This document shows, piece after piece, positions 29,231-39,323 of a DNA stretch of 64,000 bases. Each line of letters starts with the position of its first letter. Position 1 is the first letter of the stretch. The notes under the pieces were generated by a model. That model did not search any database. It was not told where the DNA came from and was given only the letters and a program-made list of their open reading frames with translations. The translations under genes and the position numbers were made by a program. The stretch comes from Pyrodictiaceae archaeon (lineage in GTDB: Archaea; Thermoproteota; Thermoprotei_A; Sulfolobales; Pyrodictiaceae): the NCBI GenBank assembly GCA_027036135.1, contig JALVSY010000007.1:676880-740879 (forward strand), in the 5' to 3' direction.

Positions 29231-29946
29231 TAGAGATCCGAGGCCTACTGGTAAGGCTAGGGGACTTCACGCTCAGCATAGAGAAGTTATTAGTGAAGCA
29301 AGGCGAATACATGGTTGTTCTAGGCCCTAGCGGTGTCGGGAAAACTATTCTCCTACTAACACTGGCCGGGCTCATCACGCCCGAGAAGGGAAGCGTACTC
29401 ATCAACGGCGTAGACGTGACCCATGATCCCCCAGAGAGGCGGGGAGTAGCACTCGTACCCCAAGGCTACGCGTTGTTCCCCCACATGAATGTCTATGACA
29501 ACATTGCTTACGGGCTACGTGTCCGCGGAGCCCCGGAACAGGAGGTTAGAGAAAAAGTCAGAGAGATAGCGGAGAGGCTCGGCATAACCCACCTGCTCAG
29601 CAGAAAACCACGTACCCTCAGCGGGGGTGAACAGCAAAGAGTAGCACTCGCAAGAGCCCTGGTCGTTGAGCCAGAGCTTCTCCTACTAGACGAGCCCTTA
29701 AGCGCACTCGATCCCCGGCTCAGAATCAGCGCAATAAAGCTACTAAAGAGGCTCCACCGCGAGCTAGGCTTCACCGCGATACACGTGACACATAACCTAG
29801 CCGAGGCCCTCTCGCTCGCAACCCGAATAGCATATATGGAGAAGGGTCGCCTAATCGGGGTCTACGAGCCACGCGAATTCGTAGAGACAAAACATGCTAC
29901 CCCGTACCTAGAGGAGTACCGTGCTCTGAGACAATTCCTGGAATAA
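29227..29946 (+). CDS. wtpC: Tungstate ABC ATPase
   Basis: GPSGVGKT, LSGGEQQR, LLDEP. Confidence 0.88.
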   Translation: MIEIRGLLVRLGDFTLSIEKLLVKQGEYMVVLGPSGVGKTILLLTLAGLITPEKGSVLINGVDVTHDPPERRGVALVPQGYALFPHMNVYDNIAYGLRVRGAPEQEVREKVREIAERLGITHLLSRKPRTLSGGEQQRVALARALVVEPELLLLDEPLSALDPRLRISAIKLLKRLHRELGFTAIHVTHNLAEALSLATRIAYMEKGRLIGVYEPREFVETKHATPYLEEYRALRQFLE

Positions 29947-30282
29947 CTCTCGCCTATCCAGGGGACTAAAGAACAGGATAATTAACCCATTAGACACTAA
30001 TAACCAAGAATCCGGGAAGGGCCTCCACTCATAAGGGGCATATTTATCGAGAAGAACGTTTCGGCGAGAAAATAATTAGGAATAATCATGACTATGTGTT
30101 CAGGGCCGAGAAACAATGAATCTATTGAGGAATTCGAGAAGGCTAGTCATAGATGAATATATTAGGTTAATGGAGGAGCTGGGAGAGCCTAGTGTAGAGG
30201 AAGTAGAAGAGGCTACTAGGGAGGCTTCTTGGGCAAAGCTAGAGAAGGCCCGGCAACACAGCGATAGAACCCGGATGATTGA

Positions 30283-30843
30283 TTAGGCTCGGTAGACGTA
30301 GATTCCTCGGTGCATTATTCTTAGCTCTGCTGTGGCTAGGTGGCCTTTGTCTCCTTCTGCTGGGTAGTCTAGACTAAGCACTATTAATCCGAGCCCCTTG
30401 AGCGCTTCTAGGAGCTTGGCCACTGCTCTTGGTAGGAGGTAGGCGTAGGCGACGCTTGCCCGGCGGGGCCTAAAGCTCGCGAGGTCTCCTTGCACCACGT
30501 CGACTAGGAGGCTCTTGGTGTTCTTGTGCGCCATTTTTGCGAGGTCAGCATCTAGTTCTAGGCAGATAGCGTAGTACCCCTTCCCCGCGACCCTCCTCGT
30601 TATGCGGGCTGTGCCGCACCCAGGCTCGTAGAAGACCACATAGCGGTTGCTTACTCGGCTTCTCTCGAGAAAGGTTTCTAGGAGCTGGCTCAAGGGCTCC
30701 TCTATGTACTCCTGCGTAGGCACAAAAGGAGATAGGGAGCCGCCAACGCTCTCAACAGTATAGAAAGCGTCGTAGAGAAGCTGGATAGTTCTACCAAGCT
30801 CCTCTGCGTCAAGCTTTTCACCTCTTAGATCCCTACCGCGCAT
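30283..30843 (-). CDS. Class I SAM-dependent methyltransferase (aKMT/FAM173-like)
   Basis: PFVPT, FYEPGCGTAR, YAYLLP. Confidence 0.65.
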   Translation of the reverse strand: MRGRDLRGEKLDAEELGRTIQLLYDAFYTVESVGGSLSPFVPTQEYIEEPLSQLLETFLERSRVSNRYVVFYEPGCGTARITRRVAGKGYYAICLELDADLAKMAHKNTKSLLVDVVQGDLASFRPRRASVAYAYLLPRAVAKLLEALKGLGLIVLSLDYPAEGDKGHLATAELRIMHRGIYVYRA

Positions 30844-30876
30844 ATTGCCCCTTGTATTATCTATTTGCTGGTTAAT

Positions 30877-31779
30877 CTAGGTTATTTTTAAATGCTCTAT
30901 ACCAAATGTGTGGCCAAGCACTTGACCGAAGAGAAAACTAGCAGCAGCAGTGCCTATCAATAATGATGTGCTTTCCGCGAATTCTCTAACAAAGTTCTTT
31001 CCCTGAATCACGGCGCTATAGAACGTAAAGAGACCTGCGAGCACAAGAGCACCGGACAGCGATGTAGTAAAAGCTATAAGCATTGAATTGATGAGGAAAT
31101 AGGGCAATGCCAGAATTACTACGGACGCGATATATGATATTCCTGTTATTAGTGCGCTCGTCGACGGCTTGACTTGAGAACCATGCTTAGCCTGCAAATA
31201 TGCTGCCCCAGCCATGGATAGTGCAGCGGAGAGCCCTACGACTAAGCCAGCTATACCAGCCATTATTGTATCGCTGGTTGCCCCGAGAAACCCGGCGTGT
31301 ACACCAGTTATTTCAACAATGGCGTCAGCAAGGCCTAAGGCTATATATCCCATATATTCCATTCTTACATCGCTTAGTCGATTCAGCAGGTAGCGCTCCT
31401 GTTTTTCTTCCTCTCTGATAATTTTTTCTAGAACCTCCCTATCCTTACCATCTAGGTGGCGAAGAACTTCCTTATATAAACTTACTAATTTTTCCTTTTC
31501 CCTCTCTATTATAGCTAGTATAAACGCGGGCCCAAATATTTTGTACAAAAGCTTGAGCAGGAGAAGCTTAGCATCATATGAGCCACATTTATCGCCTAGA
31601 AACCTAGACCAAAACTCAATATATTTCCTCTCCTGTTCTGCTAGCTTTTTTAACATCGTTTTTAACTCTTCATCAGCGATACGTTCCGATAGGAATTTAT
31701 AAGCCTCATAGGCTATAGTCTCCTTGCTACAAAAATCCCTAACCATATGTATCCAAGCCTTGGAAGGCATATTTTGCAC
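30877..31779 (-). CDS. Ferritin-like domain + VIT1/CCC1 iron transporter
   Basis: N-terminal ExxY/ExxQ helices; GLADAIVE, SMAGAAYL. Confidence 0.85.
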   Translation of the reverse strand: MQNMPSKAWIHMVRDFCSKETIAYEAYKFLSERIADEELKTMLKKLAEQERKYIEFWSRFLGDKCGSYDAKLLLLKLLYKIFGPAFILAIIEREKEKLVSLYKEVLRHLDGKDREVLEKIIREEEKQERYLLNRLSDVRMEYMGYIALGLADAIVEITGVHAGFLGATSDTIMAGIAGLVVGLSAALSMAGAAYLQAKHGSQVKPSTSALITGISYIASVVILALPYFLINSMLIAFTTSLSGALVLAGLFTFYSAVIQGKNFVREFAESTSLLIGTAAASFLFGQVLGHTFGIEHLKIT

Positions 31780-31922
31780 CCCTATAGCATTACCCTTACT
31801 AACTAGAAATAATTTCTAATCGAAATCATATCTATTTTAATAAATGAACCCGTTGACAATAGATTGCCTAGTCACTTAAAAATCTCCGCTCCTAGAGAAG
31901 GACTCGCGAGGAAAGAGTAGCT

Positions 31923-32642
31923 ATGCGTATTCCTCTTTGGCTCGAGATGAGTAATAGGAGAGTGCTAGTAGTTGGCGGAGGAAACGTTGGTACACGTAGA
32001 GCCCTCATGTTCCGGAGAGCGGGGGCTGAGGTACGCGTAGTAGCAAAGTGGTTCAGTGACAAGCTAGCCGAGGCGGCTAAGAAGGACAATGGGATAAGAC
32101 TAATCGAGGCAGATGCGGGCAACGAGGAGGAGCTCGAGCCCCATGTAGAGTGGGCAGACATAGTAGTTATCGCTACCGATAACGAGGGGGTCAATAACCT
32201 CGTCTGGAGGCTCGCTGAGAAGCACCGACGATTGGTAAACGACGCTACGAACGCTGAGCGGACACAAGTCGTGGTACCATATATGGGCGAGGCCTATAAC
32301 GGTGGACTAAAGGTAGCTGTCACAAGTGAGGGCAGAACAGGGGTAGCTGCTCGTAACGCTCTGCAAAGGATATTGAAGTGCCTAGAGAGGGATGAGGAGC
32401 TAAGACTCCTCTACGACGTCATGGCCCGGCTTAAACCGGTTCTCAAAAAACACGTACCCATAGCTAAGCAACGTATACCATTGTACTACGAGGTCGAGGA
32501 CCTAGTTAAGCCCCTTATAACCAAGTTAGAACCCATGGATGAAATACTCGGAAGAATCGCTGATTATCTTTCAAATAGGTTTAAGGAAATGGGGTTAAGA
32601 GTTGATAGGGATCAGCTTATCCAAGAGCTCCTAAGAGAGTAA
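31923..32642 (+). CDS. Precorrin-2 dehydrogenase / sirohydrochlorin ferrochelatase (CysG-N/Met8p-like)
   Basis: IPLWL, VVGGGNVGTRR, IATDN..VN, VAVTSEG. Confidence 0.88.
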   Translation: MRIPLWLEMSNRRVLVVGGGNVGTRRALMFRRAGAEVRVVAKWFSDKLAEAAKKDNGIRLIEADAGNEEELEPHVEWADIVVIATDNEGVNNLVWRLAEKHRRLVNDATNAERTQVVVPYMGEAYNGGLKVAVTSEGRTGVAARNALQRILKCLERDEELRLLYDVMARLKPVLKKHVPIAKQRIPLYYEVEDLVKPLITKLEPMDEILGRIADYLSNRFKEMGLRVDRDQLIQELLRE

Positions 32643-32766
32643 CTAGGCAAGTAGTGTGTTGCTTTATCCTTGCATATAATTGTTTTATATTCTATGCGTG
32701 GATAGAATTTTGTACTTCTTCGCTCCAACGACCTACATAGAGCTGATTATTTTTAGGCGATAGATA

Positions 32767-34392
32767 TTGGAAGCCGTGATTCGTGTTCCTCGTGGAGGAC
32801 GTGTTGATGAGATCGCGTTAGCTAGGCTCGGCGGATTCGCTGGAATTTATCGTAGTCCCAGGCTGCATAGACCGCGCTGGCCCTATTGCTCGAGGCCTTG
32901 GTGCCCGGGTAACCGGGCATACAACGGGAGATACTATGTTAAGGCAACCGAGCCTCTCAAGAAGGACGAGGAGGTAATCCTCTACCAGGTAACAGAGCTT
33001 ACGAAGCTCATGTCGTCTCTCTGGGTGCTTGCAGCCTCCGAGTCTCTCCACGGCTGGCCAGCTAGGACAGTGCCACTCTCATCGACTATGCTAGCTACTA
33101 GAATCCTTGGTCTAGAACCCTACCTAGGAGGCAGGGACTCCGGGACCGGGGTGCTGCGATTAGAGAACATTAGCGATGAAAGAGTTGTGATTGTCGGCGC
33201 TGGGCTTGGAGGCCTCATTGCCGCCGAGGAGCTTCGTAGAGCTGGGGTGAAGACCGTTATAATGGACTACTCTGGGGGCACTAGCCATATCCACTATCTC
33301 CTAGGCGACGACGAGGCTAGGCGACTCCTCGGCAAGCTCGGCAACGAGATAGTCCCTGCGCGCTACATAGGCTACTACGACGAGGGACACGCGCTCCTAT
33401 CTAGCGACGCGCTCTACGTCACCAAGGGCCCCGTGGTCTACGCTATGGGAGGAGAAGCGCCGCCACCAATCACGGTTAATAATGATCTCCCCGGAGTGGT
33501 CTCGGCTAGCTATGGGCTCGAGCTAGTAGAGATGCTTGGATACAAGCCACGCAGAGTCGTCGTGCTCGGCTATGGCTACCTGGCTCCAAGGATTGCTGAC
33601 TGGTTCGCAGAGAGAGGCATAGAGACAAGGCTTGTTGCCCTCAAGGGCTCGCTGCCCGAGAAGCCGGAACGAGCTGAGCTCGTCGAGGCTGAGCGCGTAG
33701 AGGGCCTCCTCGGAGCCGAGTGCGTAGGGGCAGTCATCGTTGACGGGGAACGGTTTGGCGCCGATATGGTTGTCTCTGCCCTAGGCGTCTACCCCGACTC
33801 GCTACCCGTCTACGCTGCCGGGTATAAGCCCGTCTATCTCAGCGCTTGTTACCGATTCGTACCAGAGATCCCGGAGCCGAGCACCTCTCTTGATAAGCAT
33901 GGAGGCCTCGTGGCAGCCGGCATTGTTGCTGGCTACGAGTGGCCAGGGGCTGTGAAGGCTAGTGCCCGGTACGCTGCAGCCCTAGTAGCGCACTCTATGG
34001 GCAAGGTATCGGAGAACGATGTGGAGCACTACTACCAGGAGCTACGAAGCGCCATTGACGAGCAGACAAGGTACTGTCCCAAGGCCATTAGGCCACCAGT
34101 GTGGCTAAGCGGCGAGATAACGGGGCTACAACTAATAGACCTTGACGAGGATCTAGCACTCTACCACATTTACTCTGCTTGGAGCAAGGGCTACAAGAGA
34201 ATGGAGATGCTAAAGAGAGTCACTGGGCTAGGAACGGGCTCCGATCAGGGAAGATTCTCGGCTACCACGGCTGCAATAATCCTTGCAGCGATAAGCGGCA
34301 CCGACCCAGGCGAGATAGGCGTCTTCCGGCCAAGGCCTCCATATTTTGTTCCAGATGCCTCACTCTTAGCAAAAGCACCAACCGAGTGGTGA
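32767..34392 (+). CDS. Dye-linked L-proline dehydrogenase / sarcosine oxidase alpha-subunit-like protein
   Basis: RSPRLHRPR, VGAGLGG, NNDLPGV, LKRVTGLGTGSDQGR, RPP. Confidence 0.75.
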   Translation: MEAVIRVPRGGRVDEIALARLGGFAGIYRSPRLHRPRWPYCSRPWCPGNRAYNGRYYVKATEPLKKDEEVILYQVTELTKLMSSLWVLAASESLHGWPARTVPLSSTMLATRILGLEPYLGGRDSGTGVLRLENISDERVVIVGAGLGGLIAAEELRRAGVKTVIMDYSGGTSHIHYLLGDDEARRLLGKLGNEIVPARYIGYYDEGHALLSSDALYVTKGPVVYAMGGEAPPPITVNNDLPGVVSASYGLELVEMLGYKPRRVVVLGYGYLAPRIADWFAERGIETRLVALKGSLPEKPERAELVEAERVEGLLGAECVGAVIVDGERFGADMVVSALGVYPDSLPVYAAGYKPVYLSACYRFVPEIPEPSTSLDKHGGLVAAGIVAGYEWPGAVKASARYAAALVAHSMGKVSENDVEHYYQELRSAIDEQTRYCPKAIRPPVWLSGEITGLQLIDLDEDLALYHIYSAWSKGYKRMEMLKRVTGLGTGSDQGRFSATTAAIILAAISGTDPGEIGVFRPRPPYFVPDASLLAKAPTEW

Positions 34393-34398
34393 CAAGAC

Positions 34399-35619
34399 TT
34401 GACGAGAAGCTCTAGCGTAATGGGCTTGCCTAGGGCACCCTTTAGCGAGAAGCTACCCGATAAGGCAGACATAGTCATTATAGGTGGTGGGGCCGCTGGC
34501 ATAGCCGCCGCGTATGCTATGGCTAGGCTCGGCTACGCTGAGAGCCACCAAGTAGTACTATTGGAGAGGGGTTACCTTGGCCGAGGCTCAGCCACGCGGA
34601 ATGCTGGACGGTTCCGTGTACACTTCTTCTCCAAGGAGAATGCAAGGTTCGCCATAGAGTCTAGGAAGAGGATACTAGAGATACCCTACGTTACCGGTGT
34701 TAACCCCGTCATAGTTCTTGGCGGCTACCTGTGGCTCTTCGAGAAAGAGGAGACCTTCAAGGCTTTCAAGAGAACCAATGAAGAGCTATGGCGGCCACTC
34801 GGAGTACCAGTAGAGATAATGAGTATAGACGAGGCGGCAAAGAGATTCCCACATATAAGAATGAATAACTTCATCGGCGCGGCCTTCGGGCCACAGGATG
34901 GAAGCGTGCACCACGACTACATGATGATCGCCATGGCTTCCTACGCTGCCCGCAAAGGGGTCACGATAGCGCCTTACCGGGAAGCCGAGGAGATAGTTAC
35001 TGAGAACCACCGGGTCAAAGGAGTAAGGGTAAAGGGCCATGGAGTGATAGAGGTGGGCAAAGTCCTTGTCGCGGCAGGGGTGTGGACGGGGCCACTCCTA
35101 GAGAGGCTCGGGGTAAGGCTCCCGCTGAAACCTGTTAGGAAGAGCCTCCTTGTCACCGAGCCTTATCGGTTCTTCCTCAAAGAGTTCGTCGTGGTCTTCG
35201 AGACCGGGAGCTATGTGGCCCAGACAGCCAAGGGCGAGATAATAGCTACTGAGAAGTATCCTGCAGGAGAACCGGAGACCATAAATTGTAAGAACGTATC
35301 ACTGCGATGGCTCATAGCCACCATGAAGCTAGTAAAGAGGCTAATAGGAGATAAGGGCATCCACGTTATGAGGACGTGGAGCGGTCACTACTACGTAAGC
35401 CCAGACCATAGCCACGTGCTTGGAAGGGATCCAGACTGGCCAGACGGGCTCTACGTCGCAACGGGCTTTAGCGGCCACGGGCTAATGATGTCGCCTTATG
35501 CTGGCGAGCTAGTAGCCATAAATATTGTTGAGGACAAGATACCGGATGATATGAAGCCCTACCTGCCAACAAGGTTCCATGAAGGGAAACTAATACACGA
35601 AGGACTCGTAATAGGATAG
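34399..35619 (+). CDS. FAD-dependent oxidoreductase, proline dehydrogenase / sarcosine oxidase beta-like
   Basis: IGGGAAG, GSATRNAG, AAGVW, WSGHY..SPD, GFSGHGLM. Confidence 0.85.
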   Translation: MTRSSSVMGLPRAPFSEKLPDKADIVIIGGGAAGIAAAYAMARLGYAESHQVVLLERGYLGRGSATRNAGRFRVHFFSKENARFAIESRKRILEIPYVTGVNPVIVLGGYLWLFEKEETFKAFKRTNEELWRPLGVPVEIMSIDEAAKRFPHIRMNNFIGAAFGPQDGSVHHDYMMIAMASYAARKGVTIAPYREAEEIVTENHRVKGVRVKGHGVIEVGKVLVAAGVWTGPLLERLGVRLPLKPVRKSLLVTEPYRFFLKEFVVVFETGSYVAQTAKGEIIATEKYPAGEPETINCKNVSLRWLIATMKLVKRLIGDKGIHVMRTWSGHYYVSPDHSHVLGRDPDWPDGLYVATGFSGHGLMMSPYAGELVAINIVEDKIPDDMKPYLPTRFHEGKLIHEGLVIG

Positions 35620-35679
35620 GGCTGCATCCCCAGCATAGGTTTTTAGAGGGGCCGGTACCCGCCTCCCTTCTACAAGGAA

Positions 35680-36351
35680 GTGTCCGCTTTGAGAAAAAGA
35701 CTTGGTCTCATAGGCTCCTTGCTCGTATTAGCGATACTCTTAGCGCCCATAGCTGTAGCGGAGAAGCCCTTCTGGGCAAAGGAGGGTAACTGGGTAAAGT
35801 ATGAGACAGAGCTAACAATGGAGGGCCAGGCTCTACAACTAGTATTCGGGACAACAAGGCTCACAGTGAAGGAGATAGTTGAACTCAAAATAGTCTCCGT
35901 GAACGATACCGGGTTCCAAGCTCTCGCAAAGATACTAGAATACCACGTTGAGCCGAAGGAGTTAGAAAAGAAAATGGAGAATGCTGCTCTCAAGACAAAG
36001 ACCATCTATGTAAGGTTCAATAACAAGCCCGGCTCAGAGCCCCTCTTCTATGCCGACCCTAAGCAACTCCCACCAAACGGCGTCGTAAAGGCAGGGCTAG
36101 AAGAGTCACCAATAACAGCAATATATGACACGAAAACCGGCTGGTTATTAGAGGCACACGCGAACACAACGAAGCAAGGGGTAACCACCACACTTCACAT
36201 GGTCCTACTCGACAGCAACTTCGTCAAGAAGAACAGCAAGAACCTAGGCGGTGCGGAGAGTAAAGCGAACATGGCACTCATACTAAGCTTAGCTGGCGTC
36301 GCAGCAACAATAGCTATCATAGCTATGCTTATTACTCGAAAACACCGCTAA
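35680..36351 (+). CDS. Secreted, C-terminally anchored hypothetical protein
   Basis: Signal peptide ending AVA, PFWAKEGNWVKY, YDTKTGWLL, C-terminal TM plus basic tail. Confidence 0.7.
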   Translation: MSALRKRLGLIGSLLVLAILLAPIAVAEKPFWAKEGNWVKYETELTMEGQALQLVFGTTRLTVKEIVELKIVSVNDTGFQALAKILEYHVEPKELEKKMENAALKTKTIYVRFNNKPGSEPLFYADPKQLPPNGVVKAGLEESPITAIYDTKTGWLLEAHANTTKQGVTTTLHMVLLDSNFVKKNSKNLGGAESKANMALILSLAGVAATIAIIAMLITRKHR

Positions 36352-36701
36352 TACGGATAAAGAGAGGCATGGGGCAGCAATTCCCTGTTTCTTCTCAAGG
36401 AATAGAATAGATCTATTATCCTACCCCTCCTCCCTATGAGGTTCTTTTGTCTCTTCTTGTCGTTACCCACTACTCTATGAGATCCGGTTTAGCCTAGAGA
36501 CAAGGACTCTATGCCTCGACACGGCTAACTAAGACGTGAAAAGGATAACTGTTTTAGTACTTCTCGCCTTATTCCGTTCTCCTATTACCCTAGTAGTGGA
36601 CTACGCACAGCTAAGAATAGCTAGCTAGAATGCGATAATTAATTAAAACAATAATGTTCTCTTTGCTCTGTGTAACTAGTTCCTACCTAGGGTAGAGAGA
36701 G

Positions 36702-38123
36702 GTGCGCACCGAAGCTGTTGAGGCTCTTGCTAAGAGTGTTTGGGAGTATATTGAGGAGGAGCGGGCAAGGAGACCGAAGCTCTCAGTGCCGGCTCATGGT
36801 CTGAGGATACTCGTTGAGGCTCTTAAGCTGGCTGAGGAGTTTAAGCCTAGCCAGCACGCTAAGAGAGTAGTCTTTAGCAAACACGGTGTACTAGGTACTG
36901 GGCTTGACCGGTTACTGACCTCGGTCTTCTATGACGTGTTGAAGAAGCAGGGTTTACTCGATCGCGTTATCGTTGAGCTTACTGGCGCCGAGAGCGCATT
37001 GATTCTTGATCCTTGGCTGCGTGCTGCTCTCCGCGCGGCTATCGATATTGTTCTCTTCTATCGCCCAGACAGGGATACTCTTCGGAGGCTACGATGGAGT
37101 ATTGCCGACTACTTATCAGCTAGGACTCATCCCTTTGTGGGCATGTATTATTGGCAACTCTTCGACAAGATACTCTCCTATAGGCCTAGGCCGAGGAGCA
37201 TTGAGGAGGCACTAGAGTGGCGCTACTTCCTCCCAGCCTGGTTTATACGTAGGATGCGGGAGCTTCTTGGCCCCGAGGAGGCCGAGGAACTGTTCAAGGC
37301 CCTTAACGAGAAGCCGTTGATAAGCGTGAGGGTGAATACTCTGAAGGCTCGTGTCGAGGAGATTGTTGAGGAGCTTAGGAGGGAGGGCAAAGAGCCGATA
37401 ATTAGTGAACGGGTCCCCGTGATACTGAAGTTCGAGGGCCCCTATGACTTCGATAATAGTAGGCTCTATCGCGAGGGCAAGATAATTATCCAGGAAGAGG
37501 CTAGTGCTGTAGCATCCCTAGTCCTAGCACCGAGGCCCGGGATGACTGTTGTAGACCTAGCCGCTGCGCCTGGGGGCAAGACGAGCCACATGGCTGAGCT
37601 TATGAGGAACCGTGGCATCATCTACGCCTTTGACATAGATAGGACTAGGATCAAGAGGATGAGGATGCTTCTCCACAGAATGGGGATAACTATAGTCAAG
37701 ATATTCGAGAAGGACGCTAGGAAGGCCCCGAAGATACTCGGGGAGGAGATAGCTGATAGAGTTATGCTCGACGCACCCTGCACGAGCACGGGCACGATAG
37801 CTAAGAACCCTGAGCTAAGGTGGCGTGTCCGCGAGGAAGGCCTCGAAGAGATAATCAAGTTGCAGCGCGAGCTACTCGAAGCAGCTGCTAGGCTCCTAAA
37901 GCCTGGCGGCAGGATGCTTTACTCTACTTGTAGCTTGTTACCCGAGGAGAACGAGGAGAACGTGAAATGGTTCCTCGAGAAGCACCCAGAGTTTAGGCTC
38001 GTAGAGCTGACTGGTCCCTATGACCCGTCGCCCTGGCTCCCGGGGGCTATGAGGGCGTGGCCGCATAGACATAAGACGATTGGGTTCTTCTACGCCCTCC
38101 TGGAGAAAAAGGAGAAGCGATGA
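36702..38123 (+). CDS. RsmB/NOP2-family RNA m5C methyltransferase
   Basis: RVNTLK, QEEAS, DLAAAPGGKT, DAPC, YSTCS, EENE. Confidence 0.93.
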   Translation: MRTEAVEALAKSVWEYIEEERARRPKLSVPAHGLRILVEALKLAEEFKPSQHAKRVVFSKHGVLGTGLDRLLTSVFYDVLKKQGLLDRVIVELTGAESALILDPWLRAALRAAIDIVLFYRPDRDTLRRLRWSIADYLSARTHPFVGMYYWQLFDKILSYRPRPRSIEEALEWRYFLPAWFIRRMRELLGPEEAEELFKALNEKPLISVRVNTLKARVEEIVEELRREGKEPIISERVPVILKFEGPYDFDNSRLYREGKIIIQEEASAVASLVLAPRPGMTVVDLAAAPGGKTSHMAELMRNRGIIYAFDIDRTRIKRMRMLLHRMGITIVKIFEKDARKAPKILGEEIADRVMLDAPCTSTGTIAKNPELRWRVREEGLEEIIKLQRELLEAAARLLKPGGRMLYSTCSLLPEENEENVKWFLEKHPEFRLVELTGPYDPSPWLPGAMRAWPHRHKTIGFFYALLEKKEKR

Positions 38124-38147
38124 TAGTAGAGTGGTGCACTGGCCGCC

Positions 38148-38816
38148 TTGGCAAAGGCTAGGCTAGTGGCACTAGTAGCTACCAGGGGGGCGCTTGACTC
38201 GGTTGCTGAGACTCTACGCTTACTAGGCCCCGAGGAGTCCTTCTTAGCGCTCGTTAGTGGTAGTAATCGATTCGTAGCCATGGGTGCCTCGGTTAGCGAT
38301 GCACGGGACATACTCCTAGGCGGTGCTAGCCGCGGCGACATCGTCGCACTGATTGCACAGGGTGCTGTGTGTAGTGATTCGCACTTCTTCCTAAAGAGCG
38401 GCGAGTATAGTTATTTACTTGTTTGTAGCTTATATCCACTCGCTAAACAAGCCATAGTTACTGGCCAACCGCCCATTCCCTCGCGTAGGATCCCCGAGGC
38501 AGTACTCTACGCCTATACTGCTCGCCTCGTAAGGGACGGAGCGAGCGCGGAGAGACTAGTCACCAAGATAGCCTATAGCGCTGAGGGGCTCGGAGCCGGG
38601 GCGCTCGTATGGGAGAAGCGGGGGAAGAGCCCCCGCGTATACCTAGCCACCAGTGGCAATACCAGGATATGTACCAGGCACCTCGGCCCCGCAGCCCTAG
38701 CCTGGCTCACGAGAGGAGACAGCGAGTGCTTCCAGAGAGCTGTGCTCCGACTAGAGCTACTACGCCGTAGCCCGAGGATAATTATCCGCGAACTCGAGAA
38801 AGTACTCTACGACTAG
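38148..38816 (+). CDS. Hypothetical protein
   Basis: ORF co-oriented after methyltransferase, GGTG RBS; no motif recognised. Confidence 0.55.
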   Translation: MAKARLVALVATRGALDSVAETLRLLGPEESFLALVSGSNRFVAMGASVSDARDILLGGASRGDIVALIAQGAVCSDSHFFLKSGEYSYLLVCSLYPLAKQAIVTGQPPIPSRRIPEAVLYAYTARLVRDGASAERLVTKIAYSAEGLGAGALVWEKRGKSPRVYLATSGNTRICTRHLGPAALAWLTRGDSECFQRAVLRLELLRRSPRIIIRELEKVLYD

Positions 38817-38913
38817 CGCAACAACTACCCGGGGGCTAGAAGGCGGTGTTACTAGCTCCTCTTTCTCTAGAAGCAACCGCCTAGCAGATAAGACTAGTCA
38901 CGGGGTACGGGCT

Positions 38914-39228
38914 TTGAGCCAAACTGCTAGGGAACGTCTCAAAGAGGTACTCGAGGTCATAGTCTCGAAAGAACTGGTATCTCCAGGAGACGCCGTAGTT
39001 GAGACCGGACTGCCACGCTACCTGGTCCTGGCAGCGTTTCAGTGCCTAGAAGCGCTCGGCATCATAGAGCCAGCCTTCGTCAAGGGCAGCTACAAGGTCT
39101 ACACTCCAACCATCTATGCTAAGAAACTCCTCAAGGCCCTCGAGTCTGGAGAAAAGCCAATACTGGCTCTACTCTCCGAACCAGCCAGTAGTGTGAGTAC
39201 TACATTGTCTAGCGAAGCCACCACATAG
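38914..39228 (+). CDS. Small winged-helix protein
   Basis: SPGDAVVETGLPRYLVLAAFQCLEALGII..KVY. Confidence 0.6.
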   Translation: MSQTARERLKEVLEVIVSKELVSPGDAVVETGLPRYLVLAAFQCLEALGIIEPAFVKGSYKVYTPTIYAKKLLKALESGEKPILALLSEPASSVSTTLSSEATT

Positions 39229-39323
39229 AGCAGTATAGGGCAGGAGTATGGGCATGATCCTCTCCATCGGTATCTTTTAGCCTAGCGCTTCACCCTATGT
39301 ATGTATATAATGCTCCCTGGTGC

